Shown piece by piece: positions 23,801 to 32,300 of a DNA stretch of 64,000 bases. Location: assembly GCA_020184695.1 (NCBI GenBank), contig JAANOX010000232.1:1-64000 (forward strand), written 5' to 3'. The notes beneath the pieces are model-generated. The model saw only the letters and a program-made list of their open reading frames with translations. It had not been told where the DNA came from and made no database searches. This DNA comes from Histomonas meleagridis 2922-C6/04-290x. Taxonomy: Eukaryota; Protista; Parabasalia. The translations under genes were made by a program, and so were the position numbers. How positions within the stretch are numbered: the stretch's first letter is position 1; the number at the start of each line of letters is the position of its first letter.

Positions 23801-24104
23801 TGGTTTTAGTACGTGGTGGTGATGGTGGAATTAAATCTTGAACTGGATGACTCATTCGAGTTTTTTGATCTGGTGAAAGTGGAACATTAGGGAAACCTTG
23901 TACTCTTTTGGACGTTTTTGAATGTGTACCTGAAATTGTATTAATTGGATTTATTTCTGATAAATTCCATTCACCAATTTTTGGAATTTTTATTGTTTCA
24001 TCAGGTAAAATTTTGCCCATTCGTTTTTTTAATGTTCTTTCTTTTTGGATTTGTTGTTCATGTGATAATAATCTTGTTTTTGCTTTGCTAAATCGATCAG
24101 TCAT
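11865..24104 (-). CDS. DNAH1: Axonemal inner-arm dynein heavy chain, DNAH1-like
   Basis: 4079-aa ORF. N-terminal FMPLEYFDD..W..C.VL.YD..F...W block typical of DNAH1. AAA1 GPAGTGKT and CFDEFNRI, AAA2 GGSLSGKT, stalk/MTBD, and C-terminal YECPLYRT..R are present. Confidence 0.9.
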   Translation of the reverse strand: MTDRFSKAKTRLLSHEQQIQKERTLKKRMGKILPDETIKIPKIGEWNLSEINPINTISGTHSKTSKRVQGFPNVPLSPDQKTRMSHPVQDLIPPSPPRTKTIRPVYKIKSPRTTATENPRTNFPTGTVTTDLDSILKSTFRQTTKELPPMEKLETEESTSTFMPLEYFDDSTFEQYPIEKLLENPSAYSQYQEINGNHYWAKCTVLSYDPETKLFVIEWDSTKKRKKVSRFNLRFAIEDETLFQKRIESAKKSCKEYESQIRFDNRIQQMSIENLPELSKDDITDIINLMNININEEDQKTIDSLMEEIQYNFKRMNNQLQFEYELKLNPLIPDRESFLEIIKKPEKIPNSGLIEHEPDDFNALLKKISSELLMANVNILNGIMIIWNIFQGVENVTFLTPGFNNEILNLETFMLKQYRKLEESKNDFKISIQDNVDSIITKVINEEYDFNHNKEKIKITKMKYLATRMLHNVLLLLITNTVTQFNSFFEKFLENNNMLNPQFSIKLIFNDNKLQFSPTLNSFHDQIIGLFLQLETSTNQLSTIGSTIIEIEPLNISFDDCKDIIDDHKNILSEIFQKLFKDLNDFINKYQYIEPTMLLNPENFAQEFDPEGKRNLEDYRTQLNEFCKLLDIAQHEILLKYKINIFELDCNTFQQSLINQCKSLIFCLLTRLKTFGINGLKELQNEFENIQNKFKVIPQTPEELVTLKEFMNNVLETMNERSIKLNQIIERLTFLEEYKFEITDEECEQKYKTLQMPYKLSLMIDETDRMLQVERIKMIRDLRTDQRKLETDTLDVSQLIPTFVSKYQDLEMTIDAIDQAQQIYQRLLELKKQQERINSHEKIFNYEQFSCRILTKIIQDFSGIFSLWKLASDWLNNNTQWLDQPFPQIKPDIINNFLIQANKQILKLKKDLVQHPNLIEKVLKPLSEQINEFKLKIPLISKLRHPGIKTQHWEIISKIVGFKIQPSLDFTLKDFLNLNLDQWSQQIFEVTTIATQEYNIESSLDQMDIELQSCKFQTIEYKTDTNKFILIEIDEILSLIDDQITSIQNLLTSPYVKHVKNRSLEKLEFLRKCHLIIEVWIEVQKNWLYLQPIFDGTTIQQKLYKESRDWNTIDKIWTVIMNSTHIHPEFLNVMHKEHLYEDLVQCNKLLESIIKGLNIYLETKRISFPRFFFLSNDELINILSHSKEVNIIQKSIQKLFEYIATVLIDEDLNITHINDNGLESIKLNNDININTIEIEDWLNLFEDEMKITIKDLIKKLLSISNKVKREQYISKFPSQVILIVNQILWTQQVTNALENKKLRNLKVLQNKFINNLENLTSLIRQNNLTPSIRQIISCLLILEVHNRDIIINLIKEEVSDIDNFKWNQQLRYYWENETVIIKSINNIFEYSYEYIGNSTRLVITPLTDRCYQTLLSAFKQNLGGAPSGPAGTGKTETIKDCAKALGRPCIVYNCSEDVTPEQMSQFFAGLITSGSWSCFDEFNRINIEVLSVIAQQIRIIQDSINANSETFVLDQRTLKLNPNYAICITMNPGYAGRTELPDNLKSLFRPIAMMIPDFQFIAEILLFSGGFNEATKLSIKLVSLFELCRTQLSNINHYDWGLRVMKAILETASKSKRKNLELNESLILVESIIDCIKPRLISNDILLFDNIIHDIFPEINSNKNINEDLMKYLEIAFNQLNRKLLPIYSIKCNEILETTLVRHGLMFIGGSLSGKTTCWKCLQIALNEYSKVNENILPININILNPKSITIQELYGLYDPITNNWTDGILSKIIRESSLNENNEYKWIIIDGPVDSLWIETMNSLLDDNKVLCLSNNERISLGNKIKLMFEVDNLNQASPATVSRCGMIYFDTSSLTWKALIESWKNTFCNEEISNLISKLMDQYMDSLIKFVEVDAIPIIGKNPMFYVQNILRIIDCYSNLLLNDNKINTARSDINNNNNNEDLNLYVSPFNNNNDIEELNNDKELMFEMIFIFSMIWSFGSVLSDNSRDLFDKFLRDLMQKLNSNTKIPLKNTVYDYYPNLTKLNWELWCESNQGINLTENYPIEQQYIPTNETASILYLTRLFVSNNKNIILQGPETSKTLIINTIMNTLLTNKEKFDYKSLNLTSCIKSSELLQNIISFLHRRKNNVLSPLSTNQQLILFLDNLNSIKPEIFGSQPPLELIRQLIEINGFYDTKTLEFQHIKNVTFLSAMGNFEGGLYNISERLLKHFYFIHIPKYKTNSLIYILKTLYNLKLINYPSYIKDTINSIVLANVEFYEKCVKTLLPIPTKLHYIFSLRNLIRVLKGILMVKPNNINSDNSFVKLWYHEMQKEFHDRFNNKEDREWFKTTINKLTYKYFKLNFEKENVLYYNFDNDYKEVNETFDNFVTKCNEKLEEYNKTSLKKLDIVLFKESIQHLLSLLRILSMDNGHCLLIGIKSSGRKSLTNLSLFIMGLEQFEIQITKGYNFNEWHDDLKKLMIQCGQDDIPTGFVISDSQIINNYQLSDISILLTQGEIINLFEQDEIQQIRSNIIQKEISFDEEPWDLFKKRIIKNLHIILIFSPYSKVYKNSMLSFRPIRNETIIDWYMPWSNNALKSIGNTLLIKNNFNDLNKIINICVKIHKSVEEISTKYYNETNRFTPCTPSRFFELISEFKNQYEKQKEITEKKYIKYSTAVEKIQFTKKQVEELRLKLDKDIPTLKKKREEVKVMLEDLQNKQLEVSKTREEVKEQSLIAENEQLKAKEINDIAQNKLLEAQPILESAQNAVDSIDKESLVNIKQLKQIHPVLKETFEAICIIFGRQPKKIESNIPGVKIDDYWPETLVLLNDVQFIKNIKNFQVENLTKQTIVKLKKYVGANQQQRNEKLQAVQNGYQAVANLYKWVCATYDYWFIYQDILPLKKEADESIKKLKITEENLKEKRDHLNSIEEQLNNLINHVEKEKQNEQDLAKSVENTQIKLNRAEKIINGLSGETKRMKECSENLLKLTDYHLGNSLLISSCLTYLGSYSPNYRLNLIKKWKEFLNLENINFNDNFSIQQILGNEPIIRDWINKGLYNDSRSIENALIIENTNSFPLLIDPQLNGTKWLRNIKNKSLVILQFNQNDFLQQIKNCLNNGLEVLIENVGLKLDPLIEPILSHEVIFIDGTKKIQIGGELINYSEKFKLYLSTKYPNPQYSPEICSKVCLIDFTTTQEGLIDLLLNNLIEVEQEDLDHKRIQLMNSNVENMKKLEKVEEDILQIVSNSNEDILEDNNAINTLTDAQKTSNLISQQMKDSIETEKQINIFKEKFHSVAFHSSILYFCASDFSIIDPMYQFSLKWFINIFKTSIIQSEHPNNHQQLIEKINNSISKQFYQNISNSLFSKHKLLFTTLMTIRLLLSKQKITYKELSFLLSPNQPKNPIKNSFDWLPNDIWLLLLTLTNVNPIFSNIINEIKQNETKWKKYLITNKPENFDIPYSLELNEFQKLLILRVFHSYRIQEGLRKFISITLGDEFVSSPSLNLLKIFKESSPLSPIIFIITPGIDPLQEIINVATTLSLERYIKTYSLGRGRGKGAEELIKDSSERGFWVILQNCHLSLSWMPQLENIINNLEIDKVHQRFRLCLVTMSSKDFPIGILYQSNKLIYEIPKGLNKNMLRNYNSFNVDEYNNELNITEKMLIFQLSIFHSIVLERLQFGTLGWNISYEFNPSDFNISKKLIKTFLNEVNSEIPYEALTYVIGELIYGGRVTDRFDRILLMSLLRRYFNKEKINLQKNYQIPNFNNNLADTLDVLNKWPKNTKPEDVGLGLNASTIISKNNVSLIFNSLIEIHPILISNSNNKLSKGEFQLDFIDELLNDIPNLFNVHSFTKRFDLSEILNTVLNHEILLYNNLLEIIKNSLIKLKNGLKGLIVIDEELESFSKKLLANKVPDLWLNNSFPSILNLKDYLKDLKLRIDFLDQWIKFGQPFVFKLGAFFHPEEFLTAILQVYARKHSVPFDTLHWTTKVTQYDNGFRISGAPEDGVYIEGLYMEGGKWDITSNSLTECGQRELISVLPVIHLLPSDQPMKKSEVAVLYECPLYRTQNRGSGAIGLPNYLMSLYIPSPKQNFDHWIQRSLACFVTI

Positions 24105-24121
24105 CCAAAATAAAACGTGTT

Positions 24122-24129
24122 AACCGTTT
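24122..24129 (+). promoter_or_regulatory. Trichomonad M3-like core promoter motif AACCGTTT in the 83-bp dynein/membrane-protein divergent spacer
   Basis: Matches DRCSGYTD; the motif is short, so a chance match is possible. Confidence 0.4.
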
Positions 24130-24187
24130 TCATTCAAAATATTTTCACACATCTGTTAAAATTTTTGACTAAAATTTTCCTAAGTAA

Positions 24188-24841
24188 ATGAGTATAAGCT
24201 CATTTAATGCATGTATTAAAGATAATAGTTATCCATTAGAAGGCATGCGAGAAAAAGATGTTGTTAATTATTTTACAAAAATTTTTGAACCATATTCATC
24301 TATTTTAGAACAGATTCAATGTGCATTATATCTTCATAATATTCCTTTATATTGTGTATTGCTTTTATTTGCGTCATTATTTATACTTACATTTGCGCTA
24401 ATTGTTAAATCCAATTTTCCAACAACATTATTTATTTTTATGATTTATCCACTTGGTTGCCTATTAAACAAAATCTTTTTCTCAAGTCTTTTTAATTCAC
24501 TTTGTATTGATCCACCAGTTTTACCAGAAAATGCACCAAATCGAATTCGAACAATTCGCGAAATAGTTACCTTAATATGGAAGCCAATGTTATTTGCATG
24601 GCGAATAGTTTTCTTTAGTTACAGAGTATTTATACAACCTAATATTATTGACATAGCTTTATTTATTATTAGTGTGATTTTTATCGGTTTTGTTCTTTGT
24701 TTATTTGATGGGATTATATTTCTTATTCTAATTGCTGCAAGTTTATTGTTTTTCCCACCATTGCTTACGCGCTCATGGGTTTATTCATTTCTTAATGCTC
24801 ATCTTGGAAATCCTATTCCTGAACATAATAGTGATGAGTAA
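24188..24841 (+). CDS. Integral membrane protein with two long hydrophobic hairpins (reticulon-like topology)
   Basis: 217-aa ORF with hydrophobic stretches at about aa 52-100 and 140-195. Confidence 0.6.
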   Translation: MSISSFNACIKDNSYPLEGMREKDVVNYFTKIFEPYSSILEQIQCALYLHNIPLYCVLLLFASLFILTFALIVKSNFPTTLFIFMIYPLGCLLNKIFFSSLFNSLCIDPPVLPENAPNRIRTIREIVTLIWKPMLFAWRIVFFSYRVFIQPNIIDIALFIISVIFIGFVLCLFDGIIFLILIAASLLFFPPLLTRSWVYSFLNAHLGNPIPEHNSDE

Positions 24842-24953
24842 TGTAATAAAAAGTTTTTTTGTTTTTCATTTTATTAAAATTTTGAAGTATCAATTTTTGA
24901 ATGATAATTTAATAATCTGATTATTTCACTGCGGTGAGATGCAAGTTTTGATG

Positions 24954-26224
24954 TTATTTTTTCTGATTAAGTAATTTAATTATTACTTTGTTACCATTTA
25001 ATGATGCACAGTCAAGTGCTGTCCAAAATAATTTAAATAATTTCCAAATATTATTTTGAAATATGAAATGTATTAAATGATTATTAAATGAAATGAATAA
25101 ATATTAAATAAAACAATTAATTATTCTGATGATTAATATCAATTTCATTTTGTTCAAGAAGTAATTGAACAATTTTTATATAACCATTTATAGATGCATA
25201 CATTAGCGCTGTATAAAATGATTTAAATAATTTCCAAACATTATTTTGAAATTTTAAATAATTAAAATAAATTTTAAATAGAGCAAAAAAATATCTTTAG
25301 CATTAATATCAATTCCTTCTTGTTCAAGAAGTAATTTAACGATTTTTGTATGACCATTTGAAGATGCCCATAAAAGTGCTGTATCAAATAATTTAAATAA
25401 TATCCAAACATTATTTTGAAATATAAAGTTATTAAAATTTATTTTATCTTTAGCATTAATATCAATTCCATATTGTTCTATTATATATTTCATAAGTTCA
25501 ATATTACCTGAGCATGAAGCCGAAACTAAAATATCTTTTGGAAGTTGATATTCTTTTAGAAAATATTTCATAAGATATAAATTCCCAATTTTTACTGACC
25601 TATTAATAATTGAATCATTAATTTTCATTCCATTCTTTATTAAAAATGAAAAAATTTCATAATTATGGAATAAGATACATTTCTTCCCTAATTTTTCTAA
25701 ATTCTCGATTTCTTCAATTTTATTTTCATAAAGATATTTAAAGATATCATTTCGATGAAACATAATTGCAGCTTCATATGCTCCTTCAAAAGATGAATGA
25801 TTTTGTTCGCATAAATGAATGATTTCTTCATTTCCACCTGCAACTGCATATTTACCTGCGTTATTTACATTTGCACCATTCATAAGTAAATATTTAAAAC
25901 ATTTAATAGATCCAAAAAATGCTGCATAAGCAATTAATGTAACATAATGGTTAATAAATGAACATCTTTCATAAAGTGATGGTTCAATATAAAATCCAAA
26001 ATTTCATCATAATTATTCATTTTTATTTCAAAAAATATGTATATAATTTGACTAATAATTGTACTGAAAGATATCATGTGAGTATCGTCAAATATATTAA
26101 TTATTGATTTTACTGATTGAGAAATATTTTCCTTAATAGGGTTAAAAAGTATATTTTTTGCCATAGTGAGTAGTTCATATTCATTCTTACATTGATTTGT
26201 TGTTTTTTCATTAATTTTTTGCAT
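24954..26224 (-). pseudogene. DUF3447-ankyrin locus A: internally deleted head plus ankyrin repeats separated by 63, 80 and 100 nt spacers
   Basis: IEPSLYERCSFINH..YAAFFGSIKCFKYLLMNG is out of frame with the N-terminal ORF 25934-26224. Repeats are TALLWASSNGH, TALMYASINGY and TALDCASLNGN. Confidence 0.8.
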
Positions 26225-26364
26225 GTATTGTCAGTGACCAAATACCAAAAAAAAAATCCAATAAAACCACAAATAAACAGAAATTATTCCCAAAGATTGC
26301 ATTTTATCAAGTAACTTAAACATAAATCAAAAACAAATAACAATATTTATACATAAAAACAATT

Positions 26365-29300
26365 TTACCACAATGGTGTCCATCCTTGGTACAAATATGA
26401 CAAGTTATAAATATCTGTTGCAGATACAATTAAATCATCGACTTGATCCGATATTGTTTCATATTCAGATCCCTTAATCTTATTCATCAATTCGTTCATT
26501 GCTTCATTCATGTCAATAACTTTTTCATCAACTTTTGAATTTACTTCGCGAAGCGGTTCCTTTAGAAAAATCTCAAGAACCGCCATAATTGAATGCCGAT
26601 GTAAACGTACCATTTTTAACGTCTCCTCGCATGTGCTTCTAAATTCGCCTTCGATTCCATTCGGCCCAAATGCCCTTACCATCATTCGTGTTAACCTGAA
26701 TGGAACTAACTCTGTAAACAAAACCCTATTTTTCGCTATTTCAAAACAATCTGAAAAATCAATATGAATTATGCTGCCACTATCTCTATGTATCATCAAA
26801 TTATTTGGATGCCTGTCACCTAAACCAAGGATATAACCAATTATTGACATCAATGCATTACTTTGAGTAAATCGTATTGAACGAAATGCCCATTTGTAAG
26901 AACTTAATGATGTCAACCAAATCACTTCTCTTAGATCTATATCAGGTATCATTTGGATGAGGTCCAAATATAGCTCATTTCTTTGTATTGGTCGGAGGCT
27001 GTTTATATTAAATCCTATTGTTGCTTTTGATGTTGTTGAAAAGGTTTTTTGTTGAAAGAAGGTTTGCATCACTTCTTGCTCTTGTGACACAGGAATATTT
27101 TTCTTTTGTCTATAATTAGATATTAAAGAATACATTGTATCTGCTCCATCAACAAACTGTATTAAACCACAATCTTTTGAAAGAGGGTTAATTGAGTATC
27201 TGAATATTTTTAATCCAACCGAATGACTTTCATCATGAAATCCATGTGACAAATGTTGGTTGATTAACCCAAAGAATTGCATTATCCTTTGGTCAAGCCG
27301 TACGTCCACGCGTCCTTTGAGCAGTGATCTATGTTTACTTCCATCATTTCCAAAAATAACAATTAGTCTTGGCCTTTGTTTTGAATGATATATCTCAATG
27401 TTAGGATCAAAGAACTTAATTTCTACAACTGGTTGATCTGAGTCAGGGTCATAAGTTCCTGGAACAGCAATACATGAATCTCTTAGTAAAGCCAAGTCCA
27501 GAGAAATTGAATGCATGAAGAGGACGTTAATTCCGCTCAAATATCTTGAAATTTCTGAATGCAACTTTTTGAGATGTGTTTGAACAGAATTTTGAATTTC
27601 TTCATTTGAACCCATTTTTTCTCTTTTTAAATCTATTTCCTTTAATTGTTTTCTAATCATTTTAATTTGTCTGTTGTCATCTTCTCTTTTTTCCAAAGCT
27701 AATGCTTTCTGAATTGCATTATCAAACTTATCTTTCATGAATTCTTTACCTTTACTTAAAGCATTAATTGCGTCTGAAATATAATCATACCAAATTTCTA
27801 AAGTAGAACAAGAACATAATTGTAATCCATTTGAAATTATCTCTGCCTGACTCATAGCCTCATTATTAATCTTTTTGAATTGATTTCTTATAGCTAATGT
27901 TACTTTGTTTGGTGTTTTTTCGAATAATAAAGGGAATAGAAGTACATGATAATGTTGTGGCAAAAGTTTTTGGATTAAATGAACAGCAAACTCAGATGCG
28001 TTTGTTTTTGGAACTAATAATTGGGTGAATAATTGTGGGATAATTGATAAGAACATTGTATCATCCAATAAGTCAAGTTTAGTTTTGATTTTATCGAATG
28101 AATCCTTATCAAGATTAACAGAAAAGAAGATCGATATCATTTGTATCAAATCAGAAAAACATGAGTCAGGTCTCATCTCAATACATTTAAGGAATCCTTG
28201 CATCGCTGATGTAGCATGCGCTATAACTATTTGTTCAATGTTTTCTGGTTTGTTTGGGCTTTCTAATGAACGTTTAGCAGCAGAATACATAATAGAACAT
28301 GCCCATGCCCATCGATGCCATGATTTATAATAATGAACACCAGTTTTTAATGATGTTTCAAGTAAAGATATTGTTTCTTTCAAAACTTGCCCTATTCTTG
28401 AGGTAGTAAATGCATTTTCTAATTTCCAATTAGCTACAGTATAATACATTTTACACTTTAATTCTGGTTTTTTGTCAATTTCTTTGGTATTGATTAAATA
28501 TTTTTTTAATTTTTTAATTATTTCATTGTTTATATCTAAATTATAATTTGACATATTAAATTCCTCATTGAGTGTGACAAGCTTTTGATTGAGGTTTGTG
28601 CAAAAATATTTTATCTTACATTTTTCATTAATATTCTCCATATAATAACTTAATTTCAGGATTTCTTGGATTGAATATATGCAATATTGAGATATTATAT
28701 TTTCATGATTAATTCCTTGCAAATAACGCTCCATTTTAATAATCGATTCTTTTATATTTGTACAATAATCAGATACTTCGTTTGCCTTATTTTCCATTAT
28801 ATAGTAATCTAATTTATCGATTAATTCTTTCTTTATCATTTCATAATAAACTATTATATTGATTTTTTTTTTTTTCTTTATATTATTTTCTTGATTTATC
28901 ATTTCACAATTTTTTGATGTTTCTTTTTCTTGATTTTCCTTTACATAATTATTTAATTGTTCAATTATTTTAGCTTTTAGCATTATATAATCTTCAGGGG
29001 TTTTGAATTCTTCAGTGTTTTTGAATTTTTCTTGATTTTCTAGTATATAACTATCTATTTGTTTAATTAATTCTTCTTGATTTTCTAGTATAAAACAATT
29101 TATTTGTTGAATTATTTCTTCTTTTAGTTTTGCACAATATTTTGATATATCAGTTTCTTGATTTTCCTTTACATAATTATTTAATTGTTCAATTATTTTA
29201 TCTTTTAGCATTATACAATATTCAGATTTTTTGAATTTTTCTTGATTTTCTGGTTTATAACTATCTATTTGCTTAGATAATTCTTCTTGAAACTCCTCTA

Positions 29301-32300
29301 CATAATTATTTGGTTGATTAATTATTTCTTCTTGATAATCCTCTACATAATGGTTTGTTTGTTTAATTATTTCTTCTTTTAGTTTTGCACAATATTTTGA
29401 TATATCAGTTTCTTGATTTGTTTGTTTAATTATTCCTTTTAAAGATTCATAATAATTTAATTTTTTGGAATCTTCTTGATTTTTTTTATACAAATCCAAT
29501 TTTTGAATGATTACTTTATTTATCATTTCACAATATGGTGTTTGAATTTTTCCTTTATCTTTCTGTATATAACTATTTAATTCTTCAATTATTTCATCTT
29601 TTAGCATTATACAATATTTAGATTTTTTGAATTTTTCTTGATTTTCTGGTTTATAACTATCTATTTGCTTAGATAATTCTTCTTGAAACTCCTCTACATA
29701 ATTATTTGGTTGATTAATTATTTCTTCTTGATAATCCTCTACATAATGGTTTGTTTGTTTAATTATTTCTTCTTTTAGTTTTGCACAATATTTTGATATA
29801 TCAGTTTCTTGATTTGTTTGTTTAATTATTAATTCTTTTAGCATTTCACAATATTCTGATTTTTCAATTTTTTCTTGTTTTTCCTCTATATAACTATTTA
29901 ATTGTTGAATTATTTCATCTTTTATTTTTTCATAATAACATATTTCAATTTCTTGATTTTCCTTTATATACTCATTTAATTGTTTAATTATTAATTCTTT
30001 TAGCATTTCACAATATTCTGATATTTCATTTTCTTGATTTGTTCCTTCTTTTAAAAATTTATTTTCTTGTGTAAAAAAGTCTAATTTATTAATTATTAAT
30101 TGATTTATCATCTTAAGATATAACGTTTTTCTTATTTCTTCTTGATTTATATGTTTATAATAATCTAATTTGTTAAATATTAAATGATTTATCATTTCGT
30201 AATAATCTGATACTTTCATTTTTCTATCATTTTTCTCTTTATAACTAATTAACATAGCCGTAATTTCGTTTTGTATCATTTTACATTTTTTTAATATTTC
30301 ATCTTTATTATCATTGATATCATTATCTAATTTGTTTATATCTTGATTTATCATTTTACATATTTTTAATATTTTATTTTTATTATCATTGATATCATTA
30401 TCTAATTTGTTTATATCTTGATTTATCTTTTCACAATTTTCTAATATTTCATCTTGATTTGTTGTTTCATAATTTTTCTTTAATTCTTTTTGAATATCAT
30501 TCATTATTTTAATTATTTTATTTTTTACATTTTCATATTTTATTATCTTAATTTTTGTTTTAGTTTTATTAATGTAGTCATTTAAATCTTTCATTATTTT
30601 TGTTGTTATCTTTTTACAGGTTGATAATTCTTGAAAATTTTTTTCATAATATATTATTTGTTCATCTAAATATTTCATTAATTCTTGTTTTATATTTTCA
30701 CATTCTTTTTTTGTTTTATAATTTATTTTATTCTTTATTATATTTTCCGATTCATTAATGAATTCTTTTATTGAAATGCATTTATCTAACATATCTTTTA
30801 TTGTTTGGGTAGGGTCAGTTATATTGGTTTCTTTTGATTTTTCATCTTTCTTATAATTCAAATTTTTATCATTAAATTCATCAAATATATTAATGTAATT
30901 TTTAATATTATTGCAATATATTAATACAAATTCTTCACCTTTATTATTTTTTGAATATTCACCTAATTTTTCAAATACATTATCTAACATTTCTTTATAA
31001 TTATTTATTAAATTTTCTTGATGTTTCTTATGGAAAATTTCAGTTGATAATTTAATTTTTTCTCTAAGCATAAAAGAATTTTCAAATATTATTAAATCTT
31101 CAGTTTGATCTTCTATAGCATCATTTGAATTTTCGATTTCTTTTATAATATCATTGCAATATTCCAATATTAATTTTTTACCTTCATTTTTTTCTTTACT
31201 TTCATTTATTATACCAAATAATTTCTTTATCATTTTATCATAATTATCTGCTTTAATTCCTTCTTGAATTTTATGTAATGTTTTTCTTATTTCATTTGTT
31301 AAATTATCATAAAAATTATTTGACAAATTTTTAATTTCTTTAATTTTATATAAATAATAATCTGATTTATTTAGTATATCATTGCGCATATTTTTATAAT
31401 TATTTAATGGAATAACATTGTTTATTTCTGATAAATAAGTTTTAAAATTTTCACTTGTGTCTTGGTTTTGCTCTAAATATTCTTTTAATTCATAAATTGT
31501 TTCTATTTTTTGATTTTGAAGCCATAAAGATTTAAAATGAAGAAATTTGATTTCATTTGGCCATTCACTTTTGTCAGATCCAAATATATATAATACAGTT
31601 GATGAAAAAACACTAAACTTTTCTTGATTTAATGAAAATTTTAACATCTTTAAAATTGATGGTAATAATTCATTTTTCAAATCATCAAAAAAAAGTTTTG
31701 AAGAAAGAATTTGATAATATACCGAAAAATTCTTTTGACAATTTTGTATTTTTTTTCCCCAAGTTAATAATATATCTTTCTGTTGATTTGGATTTTTCAT
31801 ATAATTTTTTATTTCTGAGATTTCTTCTAGGTTTTGTGCTTTTACAAATATTTTATATAGTGCAGTTCTATCAGCCACATCATGTGATAATATTATTTTT
31901 GAACTTTTAGCTAAAAAATCGAATCCTTTATCAATAGTTTTAGATACATCATCAAATTTTCCTTGTTGAATTTGATAAATAGCTTTTAAAGTTAATACTT
32001 TAATATTTTCTGGACAAATATTTAAATAATTTTCAAATTTTTCATTCTCTTTTTTATATAAATAAGCAGTTGCAATTAATGGCGCTGTTTTTTTCTTTAA
32101 ATTTTCTGGAAGTTGATTAAATTCATCAATTCTTTCCTGTGATATCATTTCATCGAATTTATTAAGATGCCTTAAACAGCTTATAATCTTATGATAAAAA
32201 TTATACTTATTTACTTCATTTTTTTGTTCTTCAAATTTCTTAATTGCAGTTTGCCATTCACCAATTTGTTTATACCATTCACCACTATTTTCATAATTCA

